Assembly: GCF_006345805.1 (NCBI RefSeq)
Contig: NC_043000.1
Coordinates: 69,750,001-69,814,000, forward strand
Length of the DNA stretch: 64,000 nucleotides
Direction of reading: 5' to 3'
Origin: Octopus sinensis
Lineage: Eukaryota
Of the stretch, positions 38,820 through 52,119 are shown piece after piece (within the stretch, counting starts at the first letter, position 1; each line of letters begins with the position of its first letter). Position numbers and translations under genes: made by a program. The notes under the pieces were generated by a model. The model was not told the DNA's origin. It saw only the letters and a program-made list of their open reading frames with translations, and made no database searches.

Positions 38820-40277
38820 AGGGAGAGTTTACGAAGAAAACAAAAGACGAAGACAGGTGGTGTACAAAACAAACAGATGTATTTGTATAACTCTCAGGAA
38901 CAGAAAAAGTCTTTTACGTTTCGAGCCTACGCTCTTCTACAGAAAGGGACACAGAGAAAACAAGGAGAGAAAAAAATGTGTGTAGTGGCTAACGATCTAT
39001 CATGGCGACTAGTGTCGGACAGAAGGGTCAAACACGAGGAAGAAAGTAGGGGAGATAACAAGGTAATGATGACCCCCTACACAAAGGTGCCCCCAACACA
39101 AAGAGAGTATGTATGTGCATGTGAAAGAGGGCTAGTGGTATGGATGTGTGCGTGTATCTATGTGTAGGTGTGAAGACGTGGGGATGGGTGTGTGGGTGGG
39201 ATGTCGTGATGTGATGTGTAATGTTGTATGGTGTAGTGTGGGGTGGTGTGACGTTGTTGGGAGGTGGGGGTGCGAGAGTGGGGAAAGCACGTGTGGGGTG
39301 TGGGTTCGGATAGGGGTTGGGGTAGAGTTGGGGTTTGTGGGTAGGCAGAGGGTGGGGTAGAAATGGGGTGTGTGGGGGAGGGGTGAGGGGTAGGAGGGGG
39401 AGGGGAAGGATAGGGATAGGGAAGGTGGAGTAGGGATGTGTAGGTGTGGGTGGGTTTATGAAGGGGAGGGGAAGGTGGGTATGTGAAGAGAGAGAGGAGA
39501 GAAGAGAGAAAGAGAGTAAGAGAGAAGAGAGAAAGAGAGGGTGAAAGAGTAGGAGAGAAGCGAGAAAGAGAATAAGAGAGGAGAGAGAAGAGAGTAAGAG
39601 AGAAGAGAGAAGAGAGAGAGGAAGATGGAAGAGGGAAGAGGGAAGGAGGGGAGAGAAAGAGAGAAAGGGAGTAGGAGAGAAGAGAGAAAGAAAGTAAGAG
39701 AGAAGAGGGAAAGAGAGTAGGGGTGAAGAGAAGTAGCAGTGAAGAGAAGTAGGAGTAAAGAGAAGTAGGAGTGAAGAGAAGTAGGAGTTGGGGCAAGGGA
39801 GGAGAGTTGGGTGGGAAGAAGGAGGAGGGAGGGGAAGAGGGGGAGAGGAGAGGAGGAGAGGGAGGGAGCAGAGAGAAAGAGAGAAGAGAGAAATAGAGTA
39901 AGGGAGAAGAGGGAAAGAGAGTAGGGGTGGAAAGATGTAGGAGTGAAGAGATGTGGGAGTCGGGGAGGAGGTTAGAGGAAGAGGGGAGGAGAGTTGAGCC
40001 CAAATGGCGTAAAAGAGCGAAGAGAGAAGATTAATCCCTGTTCACGGCGCAAACGGGAGTCCGGATGGCCTGTGTGCAAGGACAATCCGAACACAGACAG
40101 GTGTTGCAAGGAGTGACCGGTGGAGCGGAAATGGCGTGAGACTGGGTGTTATTGCCGGGGCGGATGTCTCGGAGGTGTTCCGCGAACCGGTCAGCCAAAC
40201 GGCGTCCCGTTTATCCGATGTACAGGGAATGGCAGAGAGAGCAGGAGATGCAATAGATGATATTGCTGGAGATATAA
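38820..40277 (-). mobile_element. 5'-truncated Penelope element: GIY-YIG, expanded low-complexity 3' region, pLTR with hammerhead-like motif
   Basis: Minus strand 40277-39985 translates NIIYCISCSLCHSLYIG*TGRRLADRFAEHLRDI...HFRSTGH...REQGLIFSLRSFTPFGLN (frame not listed in the ORF track). HHR-like CTTT-CTGTAGA-AGAGCGTAGGCTC-GAAAC-GTA-AAAG at 38911-38946. Confidence 0.9.
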
Positions 40278-40479
40278 GTATATATACACTCACACACACA
40301 CTCACACACACACATATATATATATATATTGTGAAATAGAAAGATGAATAATCTTGTTGCAGATTAATCAAAAGTTTAACCGATACCTTGGTAGCAAAAA
40401 TCACAGCAGAAGACAGCACGGTTGGAGGTACAACCATATGGTGTTGCAACCATGCGTTGGTGCGGATAATTGAATTTTA

Positions 40480-41109
40480 ATATTATTAGTAAATTGAAGA
40501 AATGGAGTTGAACGAAGATTGAACAGAAATCGTTTTATTGCATTCTACACGTGTTTCGAAAGCCACAATTTACCAAATTCCGATTAAATAAGGAGACCAT
40601 ATTGTGTCTTTCTCTTCAGGAAGAAATAGGAAATCCGTTGGCAAAAACAAAAACAGAACAGAGGCGCAGCAAAACAAATCGAACGAGGCTCCTAAGAGCC
40701 CATGGCCAAACTGTTTATCAATGTATGTTGAAATCGGGTGGTGGGTGCGTTGAAGATTTTAACAGGTCAGGCAGCGGTCATTCTGGTGGGTGAGAGCACG
40801 GGGTGCGTAGATGTTCTTTGTGACCGAGACTAAAGTTCTGACTATTTAAAGAATATTAGGTGTATTATATATACATTGATAAACAGTTTGGCCATGGGCT
40901 CTTAGGAGCCTCGTTCGATTTGTTTTGCTGCGCCTCTGTTCTGTTTTTGTTTTTGCCAACGGATTTCCTATTTCTTCCTGAAGAGAAAGACACAATATGG
41001 TCTCCTTATTCAATCGGAATTTGGTAAATTGTGGCTTTCGAAACACGTGTAGAATGCAATAAAACGATTTCTGTTCAATCTTCGTTCAACTCCATTTCTT
41101 CAATTTACT

Positions 41110-41117
<8 letters not shown>
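40480..41117. mobile_element. Small non-coding fold-back element (247-bp inverted arms, 144-bp spacer), pLTR-like
   Basis: 40480-40726 is the reverse complement of 40871-41117 (nearly identical); the right end runs into (TA)n. Confidence 0.9.
40975..41054 (+). ncRNA. Type I hammerhead motif with complete core (mirror copy 40543-40622, minus strand)
   Basis: TTC-CTGAAGA-GAAAG...CTTTC-GAAAC-ACGT-GTA-GAA; stem III is the palindrome ACACGTGT; stem I only 3 contiguous bp. Confidence 0.78.
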
Positions 41118-41169
<52 letters not shown>

Positions 41170-41172
<3 letters not shown>

Positions 41173-41940
41173 TAGGGATAATTCATAAAAAAACGAAAGA
41201 CAAAGACATGTGGTGTGTAGACAACAAACAGATGTATTAATTTAGCGTTTGGGGAGTGAAAAAGTCCTTAATCTTTCGAGTCTACGCTCTTCCACAGAAA
41301 GGAACACTGAAAGAAACAAGAAGAGAAAATAAATAATGTGTGGTAGCTAGCGATCTATCAGCGCGAATGCCGGACAGAGGGGCACACAGGAGAACTAGGA
41401 AGAAGAGGATATAATAAAGTAGTGGTGATCCTAAAACGAAGGTTTACTTGCGTGTGTATAAGAGTGCGTGTGGAAGAGGGATGGTGACTTTGACGTGTGC
41501 GTGTGTGTATGTGTAGGTGTGTGGATGTGCGGCTGAGAAGTAGTCAGTGCTAGTGTGTGCGTGGTGCTGTGATGTGATGTTGTGTGGTATGGTAGTGTAT
41601 GTTGTAGTGGTGCGTTGTGTGGTGTGATGGTGATGGGATGTGAGGGAGGCGAGAGTGGGGAAAGCAAGGGTAGGGTGTGGATTAGACTGAGGGTGGGGTA
41701 TATGGGTAGGCTGAGGGTGGGGGTAGAAGTGGAGTATATAGGTGTGAGTGTAAGTGATGGGGTGGGGATGGGATGGGATGGATAGTGAAGGTGGGGTTGG
41801 ATTGTGTAGGGGTGGGATTACGAGGAAAGGGTGACGATGAATGGAGAGGGAGGAGGGATGAAGGAGGGTAGGAAGGAAGAGAAGAGAAGAGATGAAGGTG
41901 GGTAAGAGTGAAGAGAAGTAGGAATTGGAGCATCATTGGG
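41170..41940 (-). mobile_element. Penelope-family 3' fragment (CTGTRGA family), more decayed
   Basis: Homologous to 11700-12290 and 38820-40000; abuts (TA)n at 41118-41165. Confidence 0.72.
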
Positions 41941-42109
41941 TATAGAGAATGGAGTAAGTAAATACTTACTGCATGTTCTTCCAAGAATGCCGCCCGGAGG
42001 TTATGTAGCAGTAGGTTATTACATGTGTTCAGCTTCCTTTACATTTACTTTTAGTTCAATGAGCCTGAAAGAAATATATGTATATATATATATCAGCAGC
42101 TTCACGAAA

Positions 42110-43720
42110 TTGTACAATGCGTAACTTCGGATAAGTTGATCATCCTGGGGTATTTCAATGCGAGAACCAGCTCAGATATATATAGTATGGGCTGGTATCA
42201 TCGGTCAGTATGGTATCATTATGGGAATTCAAGTAGCAGGCTTCTGATTTCATTATGCTCCCAGCACAACGTCTGAACCACAGATACTTTCTTCCAACTG
42301 AAAGAAACCTACAAAGCAGCTTGGATGCACCGAAAATCGAAGTATTGACATCAAATAGATTTCATCATCTGCAGGGAACATAATCTGTGCAACTTTCATA
42401 TCACCAGAGCAATCAGAGGTGCCGAATGCTTAATAGACCATATTCTCCTCACATCAAAGGTGAACCTCCAGGTGTGATGAAAAAGAAGGCCCAGTGAGGA
42501 AAAGCCCCTAAAATACTGGATGTTCGGCAAATTAAAAACCCTGGCATATCAACTGCTTTGAAGAACGAACTCTTAAAGTGTCTAGAGCAAGTTGCTTTGA
42601 ACAATGGGGAGAGAGTGTGAAGGGCGGAGAACTGGACCAAATCAAGAAATGAAGCTTATACCGTCGCCAAAGTGACAATAGATGTCCTCAAAAGATATCA
42701 CCTGGACTGGTTTCACGACAATGATTTTGAAGTTCGAAGTTTTCTTGCTGAGAAGTATACTGCACACAAGAACTGGCTTGCGGAGAAACAATCTGACTCA
42801 AAGAGGGTCAAGTTCCAACAACTTAGAGAAGTTCAGAAGTGCTTGCATTCCATGAGAGATGAACGATGGAAAAAGAAAAACAAACTCTTCTATTCCAGCT
42901 TGAAGGTGTACGGGCCACCGTTGATAAGTGCAGCCCTTGTCCGGAACTGGGAGGATGAGCCCCTCACTGATAAAAGGCAATAAATATGAAATGGTCAGAA
43001 CACTTCGAGTAGTTCCTTATTAAGCCTTCATCGATTGACCCTAGTCATTGAACATATCCCTGTAAGACCCCTACGTACGGAACGTGACGACCCGCCAACG
43101 GAGGATGAGGTAGCAGGTGCAATTGCAAAGTTACAACCTGGCAAATCACCAGGCCCTGGTGGCATTCTGCCTGAAGTTTTCAAAATAGGTGGCCCATCAC
43201 TGATGCAAAAATTCGCAGAGATCCTTTATGTGCTGGGAGGATGGACGACTACCTGCAAGATCTGAAAGATACCAGAACAGGGCACTTGTACTAAGGCAAA
43301 GATGACAAATCCAGTTGTGACATGGGATCTCTCTTCTTAACCATTGGTGGCAAGTTCGTTGCTAAGGTCATTCTAAACAGGTTGAAAACCCATCTTCTTG
43401 ACGAATCTGACGAAGAATTGACCAAGTGGATGACCATCGACTAAGAGGACTGTCAATGCATCACTGTAGAGGTAGCCAGAAAAAAAGTCCTTCCAGAAAT
43501 GTGATATTAAGAAAAATATGAAATCATGGACATGAACAGATCTGAATGGAGGCAAGCAGTTCACAAGTGAAGAGAAGCCTACGAAAATGAAAGACGAGCT
43601 AACCAAGTTGAAAAATGCTCGGCAATGAAGGTCGGAACTAACAACGTAGAGTGCTTCATCATGTGTCCAGTATGTGGCCACCACTCTGCATCTAACTTTG
43701 GCCTCAGTTCCAACTATATA
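42110..43720 (+). pseudogene. Highly decayed RTE-type LINE (APE to RT N-terminus, plus 3' end)
   Basis: DKLIILG.FNAR, PPTEDEVAGAIAKLQPGKSPGPGGILPEVFKIGG, ISLLTIGGKFVAKVILNRL, terminal CPVCGHHSASNFGL. Confidence 0.75.
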
Positions 43721-43984
43721 TACTACACACACACGCGCGCACGTGTGAATGAACAAAAGTAAGAAGATGACACTCATCACATTTGGTAGGAATTACATAT
43801 ATATTCTTAAATAGCAGTTTTTAAATATTCAGTGCCATATGGTTTAAAGTTTCGTAGCCGCCTACGACAGCCCTATGTCATCGGATAACGAGAGAAGAGT
43901 AAGGCGTTTAAGAAAAATTCAGTATGGCTTTTAGACAGCCTCTCTTGGTCAGCCCAGTTTACGTGGTATTAATGTTGTGTTACG

Positions 43985-44160
43985 TTGTGAGTTCAAATTC
44001 CGCCGAGGTCGACTTTGCTTTTCATCCTTTCGGGGTCGATAAATTAAGTACCAGTTACGAACTGGTAATCGACTTAATGTAATCGACTTAATACCTATGT
44101 CTGTCCTTGTTTGTTCCCTCTGTGTTTAGCCCCTTGTGGGTAATAAAGAAATAGGTATTA
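43985..44160 (+). mobile_element. SINE family A variant with a Tx1-like 3' tail
   Basis: B-box-like GAGTTCAAATTCC and family A body, followed by TTGTTTGTTCCCTCTGTGTTTAGCCCCTTGTGGGTAATAAA. Confidence 0.75.
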
Positions 44161-44702
44161 ATGTTGTGGAAACGACACCAGTGCTTTTCTGTTTATTTAG
44201 GTCCACGTGCTCTAACAGGTCGTTGGAAGAAAGCTATTGTCAGTTTGGCAGCCAGCTGTGATACAGTATAACAGCGACATCATTTCATCGTATTTGATAC
44301 AATAAGTGGTAGGGTAGAGTGTTGTCGCGGGCTAGTTACTCGATTGTCGTACAGTCTGGTATTAACATATTAGCGGCGGCAGTCTTCACTTGGAAATAAG
44401 TAGAATTAATGGTATTAGGTTAAAATATAGGCTGGATGATCAACATAAGCTGAGTTGTAGTCTATGCAAACCGCAGGAAATAATATACGTGCCCTTGTAT
44501 GTGGGGCAATTGGGCCTTAAGTGGTATATATGGATAATCAGCTACCACTGGCTTAGAGTTCATTAATAGTGCGCATAGTTGAAGGCATCTTTAAATTATC
44601 TCAAACCATTTACTATTCGCAGGATATCTGAAGAGATGGGTCCGTTTTCTGCGGCCACGAAATTTTAAGTCATATGTTATTAATATATATAAATATATTA
44701 GT

Positions 44703-44772
44703 TTATGTATGTATGTATGTATGTATGTATGTATGTATGTATGTATGTATGTATGTATGTATGTATGTATAT
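44703..44772. repeat. (TATG)n microsatellite
   Basis: Direct reading. Confidence 0.97.
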
Positions 44773-44954
44773 AACCATCTGCGATTATGATAGAGCACCG
44801 TAATTATCGATTTCTTTTTGTCGCACTACAAATAGGCATAAACCAGGACACTGTTTTATTCAAGCGATGCTAATTGAAAACAGAGAATCATATACAAATA
44901 GATATACTCACACGTTATATGCATGAATGTATATATATATGTATATATATATGT

Positions 44955-45005
<51 letters not shown>

Positions 45006-45857
45006 GTATGTATGTTTTGATATTACGTATGTACATGATAATTACATACATGTATATGTTCGTCTCTTTCAGCGTGTTCTTGTGAATGTGTTATTTGTGT
45101 GGACTTATGTGTTCTAGTGTTGTAAATATGAGAAGTATCCCATTAATGGAATATATATATAGAGAGAGGAGAGAAAGTGAGTGAGGGAGAGATGTGTATG
45201 CGTGTCTATATGCGTTTGCGAAGAGAGATAAGTATTAGTGACAGTGTGGAAAAACGAAACTGATGCGCAAATTATAACATGTAAGTGGGTAATTTTACTG
45301 AAATTTTAATCTTATGTATATAATTTGATGTTTCGGTTGACATCACTGTAAAAATAATGAAAAATTATTACATAGTGATTCCCCCTTCCGTATTACTTAG
45401 TAAATCTGTGTATTTTGATATGACATGAAAAGAGGGCATGGTGAAACTAGCCGCAAATTGCTCCACTGATAGAATATATATGGGAATGCTTAAATACATT
45501 CCAGGAGCTATGTAGTAGATAGACCAAAGAAAACCGAAGTAGTACACTTTTGACTCATGTTAGGCTGATACTTGAGCGTTGAGCGTTCACAATGACTCAG
45601 CGTTTAGTCGTTGGTATGAATTTATAAATTTAATAAACGGGATAAATTCAATATTTGCTACAAGTTACTCCAGGGGATATATAAACGTTTCGATAACTAC
45701 ATATTTCACCAACTAGCGCTGTTGTAAAGACAACTACTTCTTTAGCCATAACAATATATAGGAGATGTTAATATCACGAGGGGATGATATTTAAATCTAC
45801 CATGAACTGACAAAGGAACTAGGTTGTACTCCATATACAACCACGAAAAATGGTGAA

Positions 45858-45990
45858 ATACGAGGGTCGGCTGAAAAGTTCATAGGTTGACCAACATATA
45901 TTATGTGTCAAAATGAGGCTTATTTTTCAATATAATCCCCATAGACGTCCATACACTTTTTTCATCGGTGTTGCAGTATTTGGATCCCAT
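45858..45990. mobile_element. Mariner-type terminal fragment
   Basis: TACGAGGGTCGGCTGAAAAGTTCATAGG resembles mariner TIRs; no partner end found. Confidence 0.5.
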
Positions 45991-46033
45991 CAACACCAAA
46001 TATGACGTGATCATCATCATATATATATATATG

Positions 46034-46155
<122 letters not shown>

Positions 46156-46159
46156 ATAT

Positions 46160-46440
46160 TACCCCAACAGCAGAACGGGGCACCACTGCATGGTGACAAA
46201 GATCCCAACATCACCATCAAAACAGGACCAGATGCTGCAAGAGCTTGGGTTTCAGGGGACAACAGCTCTTCAATATCCTTCCTAAATGCCTGAGAGACCT
46301 GCATGGTGCGGATGTGAGTTTCTTTAAAACTAAACTGGATCTCTTCTTGTCAGGGGTTCTAGATGAACCTATCTCTCGACAGGAAACACAGATGCAGGCA
46401 GCGGCGTCGAACTCTCTCGTTGACCAAGTTGCACGTATCA
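46160..46440 (+). pseudogene. CR1/L2-type LINE 3' fragment
   Basis: GFRGQQLFNILPKCLRDLHGADVSFFKTKLDLFLSGVLDEP matches the typical CR1-group RT C-terminus. Confidence 0.75.
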
Positions 46441-47424
46441 GAGGTGGTTTCACATACTCGTGTAGCTCATTCAACGGTGGTGCCCCAGCATGGCCGCAGC
46501 TTTAGGGCTGGAACATTTTTAAGGATTTAAGGATATATATATATATATTATTTATACTATTATTTGATGCGACTCTACCCTTTACTGTTCTCTCTCTCTC
46601 CCCTTTCGTTTTCTCTCTCATCCTTTCTCTAATTCTTTTTCCACCGTTTTCTGTCTGTCTCTCTCTCCTTCTTTCTCCTTTACTCTCTATCGTTGCTCAT
46701 TTATTGGGGTTTGGTTACTCTGTTATTAGTATTGTACATTGATTCGTGTATTTAATGTTTTGGTAGTGTGTATTAAATATTATTACACACTGTGTAGGAT
46801 ATTCGATGTGCTGTTGATGTTATTTAATTAACATATACTAAATATTACTACTTTTATTTAACTATTATCATCTATTTTATATTATGCTTTAATTATGCCG
46901 GGGTGTTAGCTGTCAAGAATCATTTATATTGTTTGAAAGTCCATTTGTGTGTGTGTGTGTGAGTCTGTGTGTGAGTGTGTGTATGTGTGTGCAAAACTCT
47001 CGTGTTTATTAATGTGTATTTTTACATCAAAATACCCATTAATTAACACGAAACAAGAACATGCACTGAGATATTTGCACACATGCAGACACAATATGAT
47101 TCCAGAGAGCCAAAGACACTGCGTAATTAAAGCCTAATATAAAAAATAATAGTTACATTAAAGTATTTAGGCGAGCAGGCCAACAATCCCTCCTGATCGA
47201 AAGGGGACTGGAGCAATGTGAAATGAAGTGTTTTGCACAAGGGTATAATGTGCTGTCCAGTCAGGGAATCGAATCCACGATCTAGCGATTGTGAGTGTAA
47301 TAGCATAACCACTAGGTCACACGCCTTCATACACACACGCATATATTTCATCATGTTGAACCGTTAACCCTACTTGTTTTTTGTCTCTCCTTTTTTTTCG
47401 TCCTCTATTTCTTTTCTTCTCAAT

Positions 47425-47462
47425 CCTTTGTGACGAAGAGCCGTAGGCTCGAAACATAAAAG
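47425..47462 (+). ncRNA. Hammerhead-like motif related to the CTGTRGA family but with canonical A6
   Basis: CTTT-GTGACGA-AGAGCCGTAGGCTC-GAAAC-ATA-AAAG; C3 and G16.2 substituted. Confidence 0.55.
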
Positions 47463-47768
47463 ACTTTCCATTTTCATCCCGAGCATCGAATTAATACATC
47501 TGCTTTTTGTTCCCCTACTTTTCATCGTAAATTAAAAATGCTATTGACCGGTGATTCATGCGCCAACATAGTCAGTTAATAGCAGTCAAAAGGAGAGAAT
47601 CTCTTGTTGACCCAGAGTAACGAATTCTTTTTCACCTCCATCTTTTAACGAGGCCACTGGACAACGGGTTTTTAGGGTCTGAAGAAACGCTGTAAAGTTA
47701 TATCTATCTCTATCTATGTACTCTATAACGTAGAGTGTGCTTCTCTTTCGAATTTATGATTTACTGAA

Positions 47769-47860
<92 letters not shown>

Positions 47861-47864
<4 letters not shown>

Positions 47865-48049
47865 CGCAGGAGTGTCCGTGTGGTAAGAAGCTTGCTTCCC
47901 AAGAAGTCTTCTTCCCAACTACATAGTTGCGGGTTCAGTCCCACTGCGTTGCACCTTGGGTAAGTGTCTTCTACTATAGCCTCGGGCCGACCAAAGCCTT
48001 ATGAGTGGATTTGGTAGACGGAAACTGAAAGAAGCCCGTCGTATATATA

Positions 48050-48088
<39 letters not shown>

Positions 48089-48340
48089 AACATACACACA
48101 CACACACGCATACACACACATATATATATATATATGTATGTATGTATTTATGTGTCTGTCTTTATCCCTCCACCATCACTTGACAACTAATGTTGGTGTG
48201 CTTAAGTCCCCGTAACTGAGCGGTAAAAATGCCCGGTAGAATAAGTATTAGGCTTATACAAAGAACAATTCCTGGAGTCAATTTGTTCGACTAAATGCAT
48301 GACCGCAGTCAAAGTGATTGAAACAAGTAAAAGAATATAT
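47861..48340 (+). mobile_element. Composite SINE family B after (TA)n
   Basis: Head GGCGCAGGAGTGTCCGTGTGGTAAG, B-box-like GGGTTCAGTCCC, tail, TA/CA spacer, second module. Confidence 0.82.
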
Positions 48341-48814
48341 ACATATATATATAAACATGCACATGTACATACAAACACACTCATGCATGTGTGGTAGTGT
48401 GTTTGAGCGAGAGCTTGAGGTTCTGTAAGAGTCTGATTCTTCTTAGCGAATGTGAGTAGTGTGACATCATTGGAATATCCGTGTGCGTATGCACGTGTGT
48501 ATATATGCGTATATGTGAAGAGAAAGAGAGAGAGAAAGACTGAGAGATTATTTGTAAAAATGTAAGTAATGATGCAATTTTTGAAATATATATGGCTAAT
48601 TTAACTGATATTTACATTTCATTTATAAAATTATTGCTTCGGTCGACATCGACATAAAAATAATCGAAGTCTACTACATAATGATGCACCATACACTATC
48701 ATTCATTTTAGGTTTGTGAATTTGTATATTACATGATTAGAAAGACTAAGAGTAAAAGAGAGAGGGGAAGTATATCTACCTTAGAACGAATTTACTTTAA
48801 TCACACACTCATAC

Positions 48815-49032
48815 ACGTATGTATACATTCATATATGCATGCGTACATACATATATGTATGTATATATGTGCGCATGTATGTATGTATGCATGTATGTAT
48901 GTATGCATGCATGTATATATGTATGTATGTATGTATGTATGCATGCATGCATGCATGTATGTATGTATGCATGTATGTATGCATGTATGTATGTATGTAT
49001 GTATGTATGTATGTATGTATGTATGTATGTAC
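48815..49032. repeat. (TATG/CATG)n microsatellite
   Basis: Direct reading. Confidence 0.95.
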
Positions 49033-49766
49033 GCACACTCTTTCATTTTTATGACTTTATAACAGAATATAAATGGAATTCTGACTACATATGTTCGCTT
49101 ATGTATGTATGTGCTATGCATTTTAACGTATCCGTGAATTCCTATTGACCATAAGAAAAGAAATAGAATACAGGAAATTGCGTGTATGGCAAATAGTTGT
49201 CCGGAAACTCTAAAGGAAGAAAACTGATTGGAAGCGAAGCCTAAATTATATTGACATTTAGAGAAAAATATAGGGAAAGTAGAAGATTCTTTTAAATAAT
49301 TGCAGTTCTAATAGATCTGCAACATTTTTTTATTAAGTTGAAAAACATGCTGGCCAAGTGGCTCGAGTTGTTTACCAATACCAGAATCAATATACAGAGT
49401 TGTTATTTAACTGTGAACTTTTATCTAATTGATTAATCATCTTTTGCTAAGTGTGCAATGAGCATAGAATTTTCAAAGTACCAATCTCGCATATTCGTGA
49501 TCGAACAAATACCGAGTAATTTTCCGTATAAATAATCAAATATGTTTTCTGGTATGAATTCTACTCATTAGAATGTCTATTAAGCACGTAGAAATCGTCT
49601 TAATTTTAATTATTTTAGTAAAGTTTCACTGTTTTAAGGTTTTTAAAAATATATTCAGTGTTAGCAAAGAAATAAGTTTCTTCAGACATTATATCAAACA
49701 TTAGGTATATAACTGGTGTTCACTTATAAAATTTATACATCTAGCTGAAATAGAATTTAGTTAATA

Positions 49767-50555
49767 TGTAGCGGACCATTAGTGAAATTCTCTCTCTGAC
49801 ATATATAACACAAATACGGACGTAGCAGATAACAGCTAGCCTTCGGACGCTTAGACCCATTTGTGTCCACCACTCTGATTGTTTGGTTTTGGTGTGGTTT
49901 GTCTCTTGCTTTATTTCGCGCCAATGTGCGACCCAACCAGTCGCAGCCTTCTGATAAGGTCCCGTAACACAGTCTTCTAAATGCTTCGTTTGAGCCTACT
50001 TGGTTGCTATAAAATACAGCGATTCATCGTATCGTGCATCTTTGGTTCTAGTCCTTCAAAGGACTAACCTCTGACCACAGAGCATCCAGTTCCAGCGACT
50101 CAGCCAGCTCCAACGACCGCAACACCAACACTAGCAGTATTCCGGACCTTCGCCACTGTCGCCTTCATCTTAATGACGTCTCCACCACCGTCGTCTTCAT
50201 CTTAACGACGCCACAGCCACTCGGTTAGGTTTAACTTCACGCTGTTTGTGAATACTCACCAAGATTAACAGCTAGCTCAACCTGCGAGAACCTTCTGTAC
50301 CAAGTAACCCGACACAACATGGAATCCACCACCCCTACACGACATGTGTTCATCCGGCCTTGTGGCCTCAACCTCATTGTTACAGAACTATTACTCTTGC
50401 GTTCATTACTACGAACTGGTATCTATCTTTACTTTGTGTCTGAACATTCATCTAACGTCCTGATGTAAACACTTTCTTTGCTCTGTATTTTATCTCACAC
50501 GCATACACCCTTGATTGAATACATATGCACATTATTGTATGCTTGACGGCCCGTC

Positions 50556-50621
<66 letters not shown>

Positions 50622-50843
50622 GTACTTACTTATGTCGAACACGCAGATACACATTGCTACCCACATGTTAACATCTTAAAATAAACCTTTCTCTTACATT
50701 CTATGGTTGTGTCGTCTTCTCCTTATTCTTCTTGGCACTTGTATTCATTTATCCATATTTTGACTTTTATTGTAAGGTGACCGTGCGGTGTTTAAAGGAG
50801 TCATTCATTCGTCTCCATCTCCTTTTCGCATGGTCGTTCTACA
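49767..50843 (+). mobile_element. Solo LTR (1077 bp) with 4-bp TSD AATA, Gypsy-like
   Basis: TGTAGCGGACCA ... TGGTCGTTCTACA termini; AATA at 49763-49766 and 50844-50847; TATAAAA at 50008 and AATAAA at 50680; internal (ATT)n. Confidence 0.8.
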
Positions 50844-52119
50844 AATACTTTGAATTTCTACGTCAAGTTCTTTTGTATTATGTAATGCTCAATTTGTTCT
50901 TTGAGAGATAGTTGTCTAGGGCCACAGAGACAGGAAAATTGGTCAAGAAATAAGACACAAACTAATAAAGGGTGGGACTGATAAAATAAAAAAAAATTCG
51001 TTGGAAATATTGTATACTATACGGTAAACAAATTACATAAAGCCAAGAGCGTTGAAAAAGACAAGGTAGAAACACTGTCAGCCGCATGTTAAAGAGTGAA
51101 ATTTTTTCTGTGTGTGTTCGCGCGTGTGCGTACCTGTTTGTGGGGGGGGGGAGTAGGTGTGCGTGTGTGTTTGGTGCAAAAATAGATCATTATGAATGAG
51201 CCACAATTTAATGCAATGTAATACTGTGCATATCAGCTCTATGTGGACACCTCTTCAGGGCTAACGAATTATCTATATCTATACAGAGGGGCCAACATTT
51301 GTTTTGTAATTGTAGTTATACGGTATATATATATGTTCACGGTACATGAGAATCGAAACTAAGGCGTAATTAAATTAAATCATGTTTAGGCTATATATCT
51401 CAATCTTAAATTCAAATTTTGCCCTACTTTAAATTTAAATTCTGCTGTAAGCGACTTAGAATTTACCTTTCTTAGTTCATTAAAAAAGATCAACAACAAG
51501 CTAAAGAGGATAGATGAAAGTTCGTTATCTGAATTAGGATAAAAATATTTTTTGTTTATCTAATACATGTAAGTTGCAGAAGGGAAGCTCTTTGTCACTT
51601 CTTTTACGTTTCTAATGCTTACAGAAAGCATGAAAGACATCCAATCTTACACTCCAGTAGGTGTGTGTAAAATGAGAATTTCAGTAGCTAATTTACAGTA
51701 AATTCCGACTAATGTTTAATGCTTCATGATAACGAGACAGAAAAGTTGTATTTGATCTGATCATTTCGATATCGATTAACCGGAATATGATTTCTACATT
51801 AATATAACCCATTGCCCATAAAATAGAGTTAATTCTCAATGAAAAGGTTCTCTTGGCTATACATAAGCATATGCAAAAGAGGTATCCTATACCAGGAAAG
51901 GTTTACAATAGCGTAATCAAGTATATTGAAGATGTGTCTTTTGTGTATGTATTCTTAAATTACATAAACCTTGATTCTATGATAGATTGCAGGAAATTTC
52001 ACCATAAATAAAAATGCGTGATAAAAGATACAGTTCATATTAGATTCTTTCAACAGTTCCCCAAATACTTTATACCCACTTCTGCGTCATTCATGAAATT
52101 TCTCTACTGTAGTTATATA

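Noticed and set aside
28940-45720. Weak GAAAC-containing hammerhead look-alikes near 28950, 37720 and 45690
   Set aside because: Core substitutions, and stem I is weak or absent.
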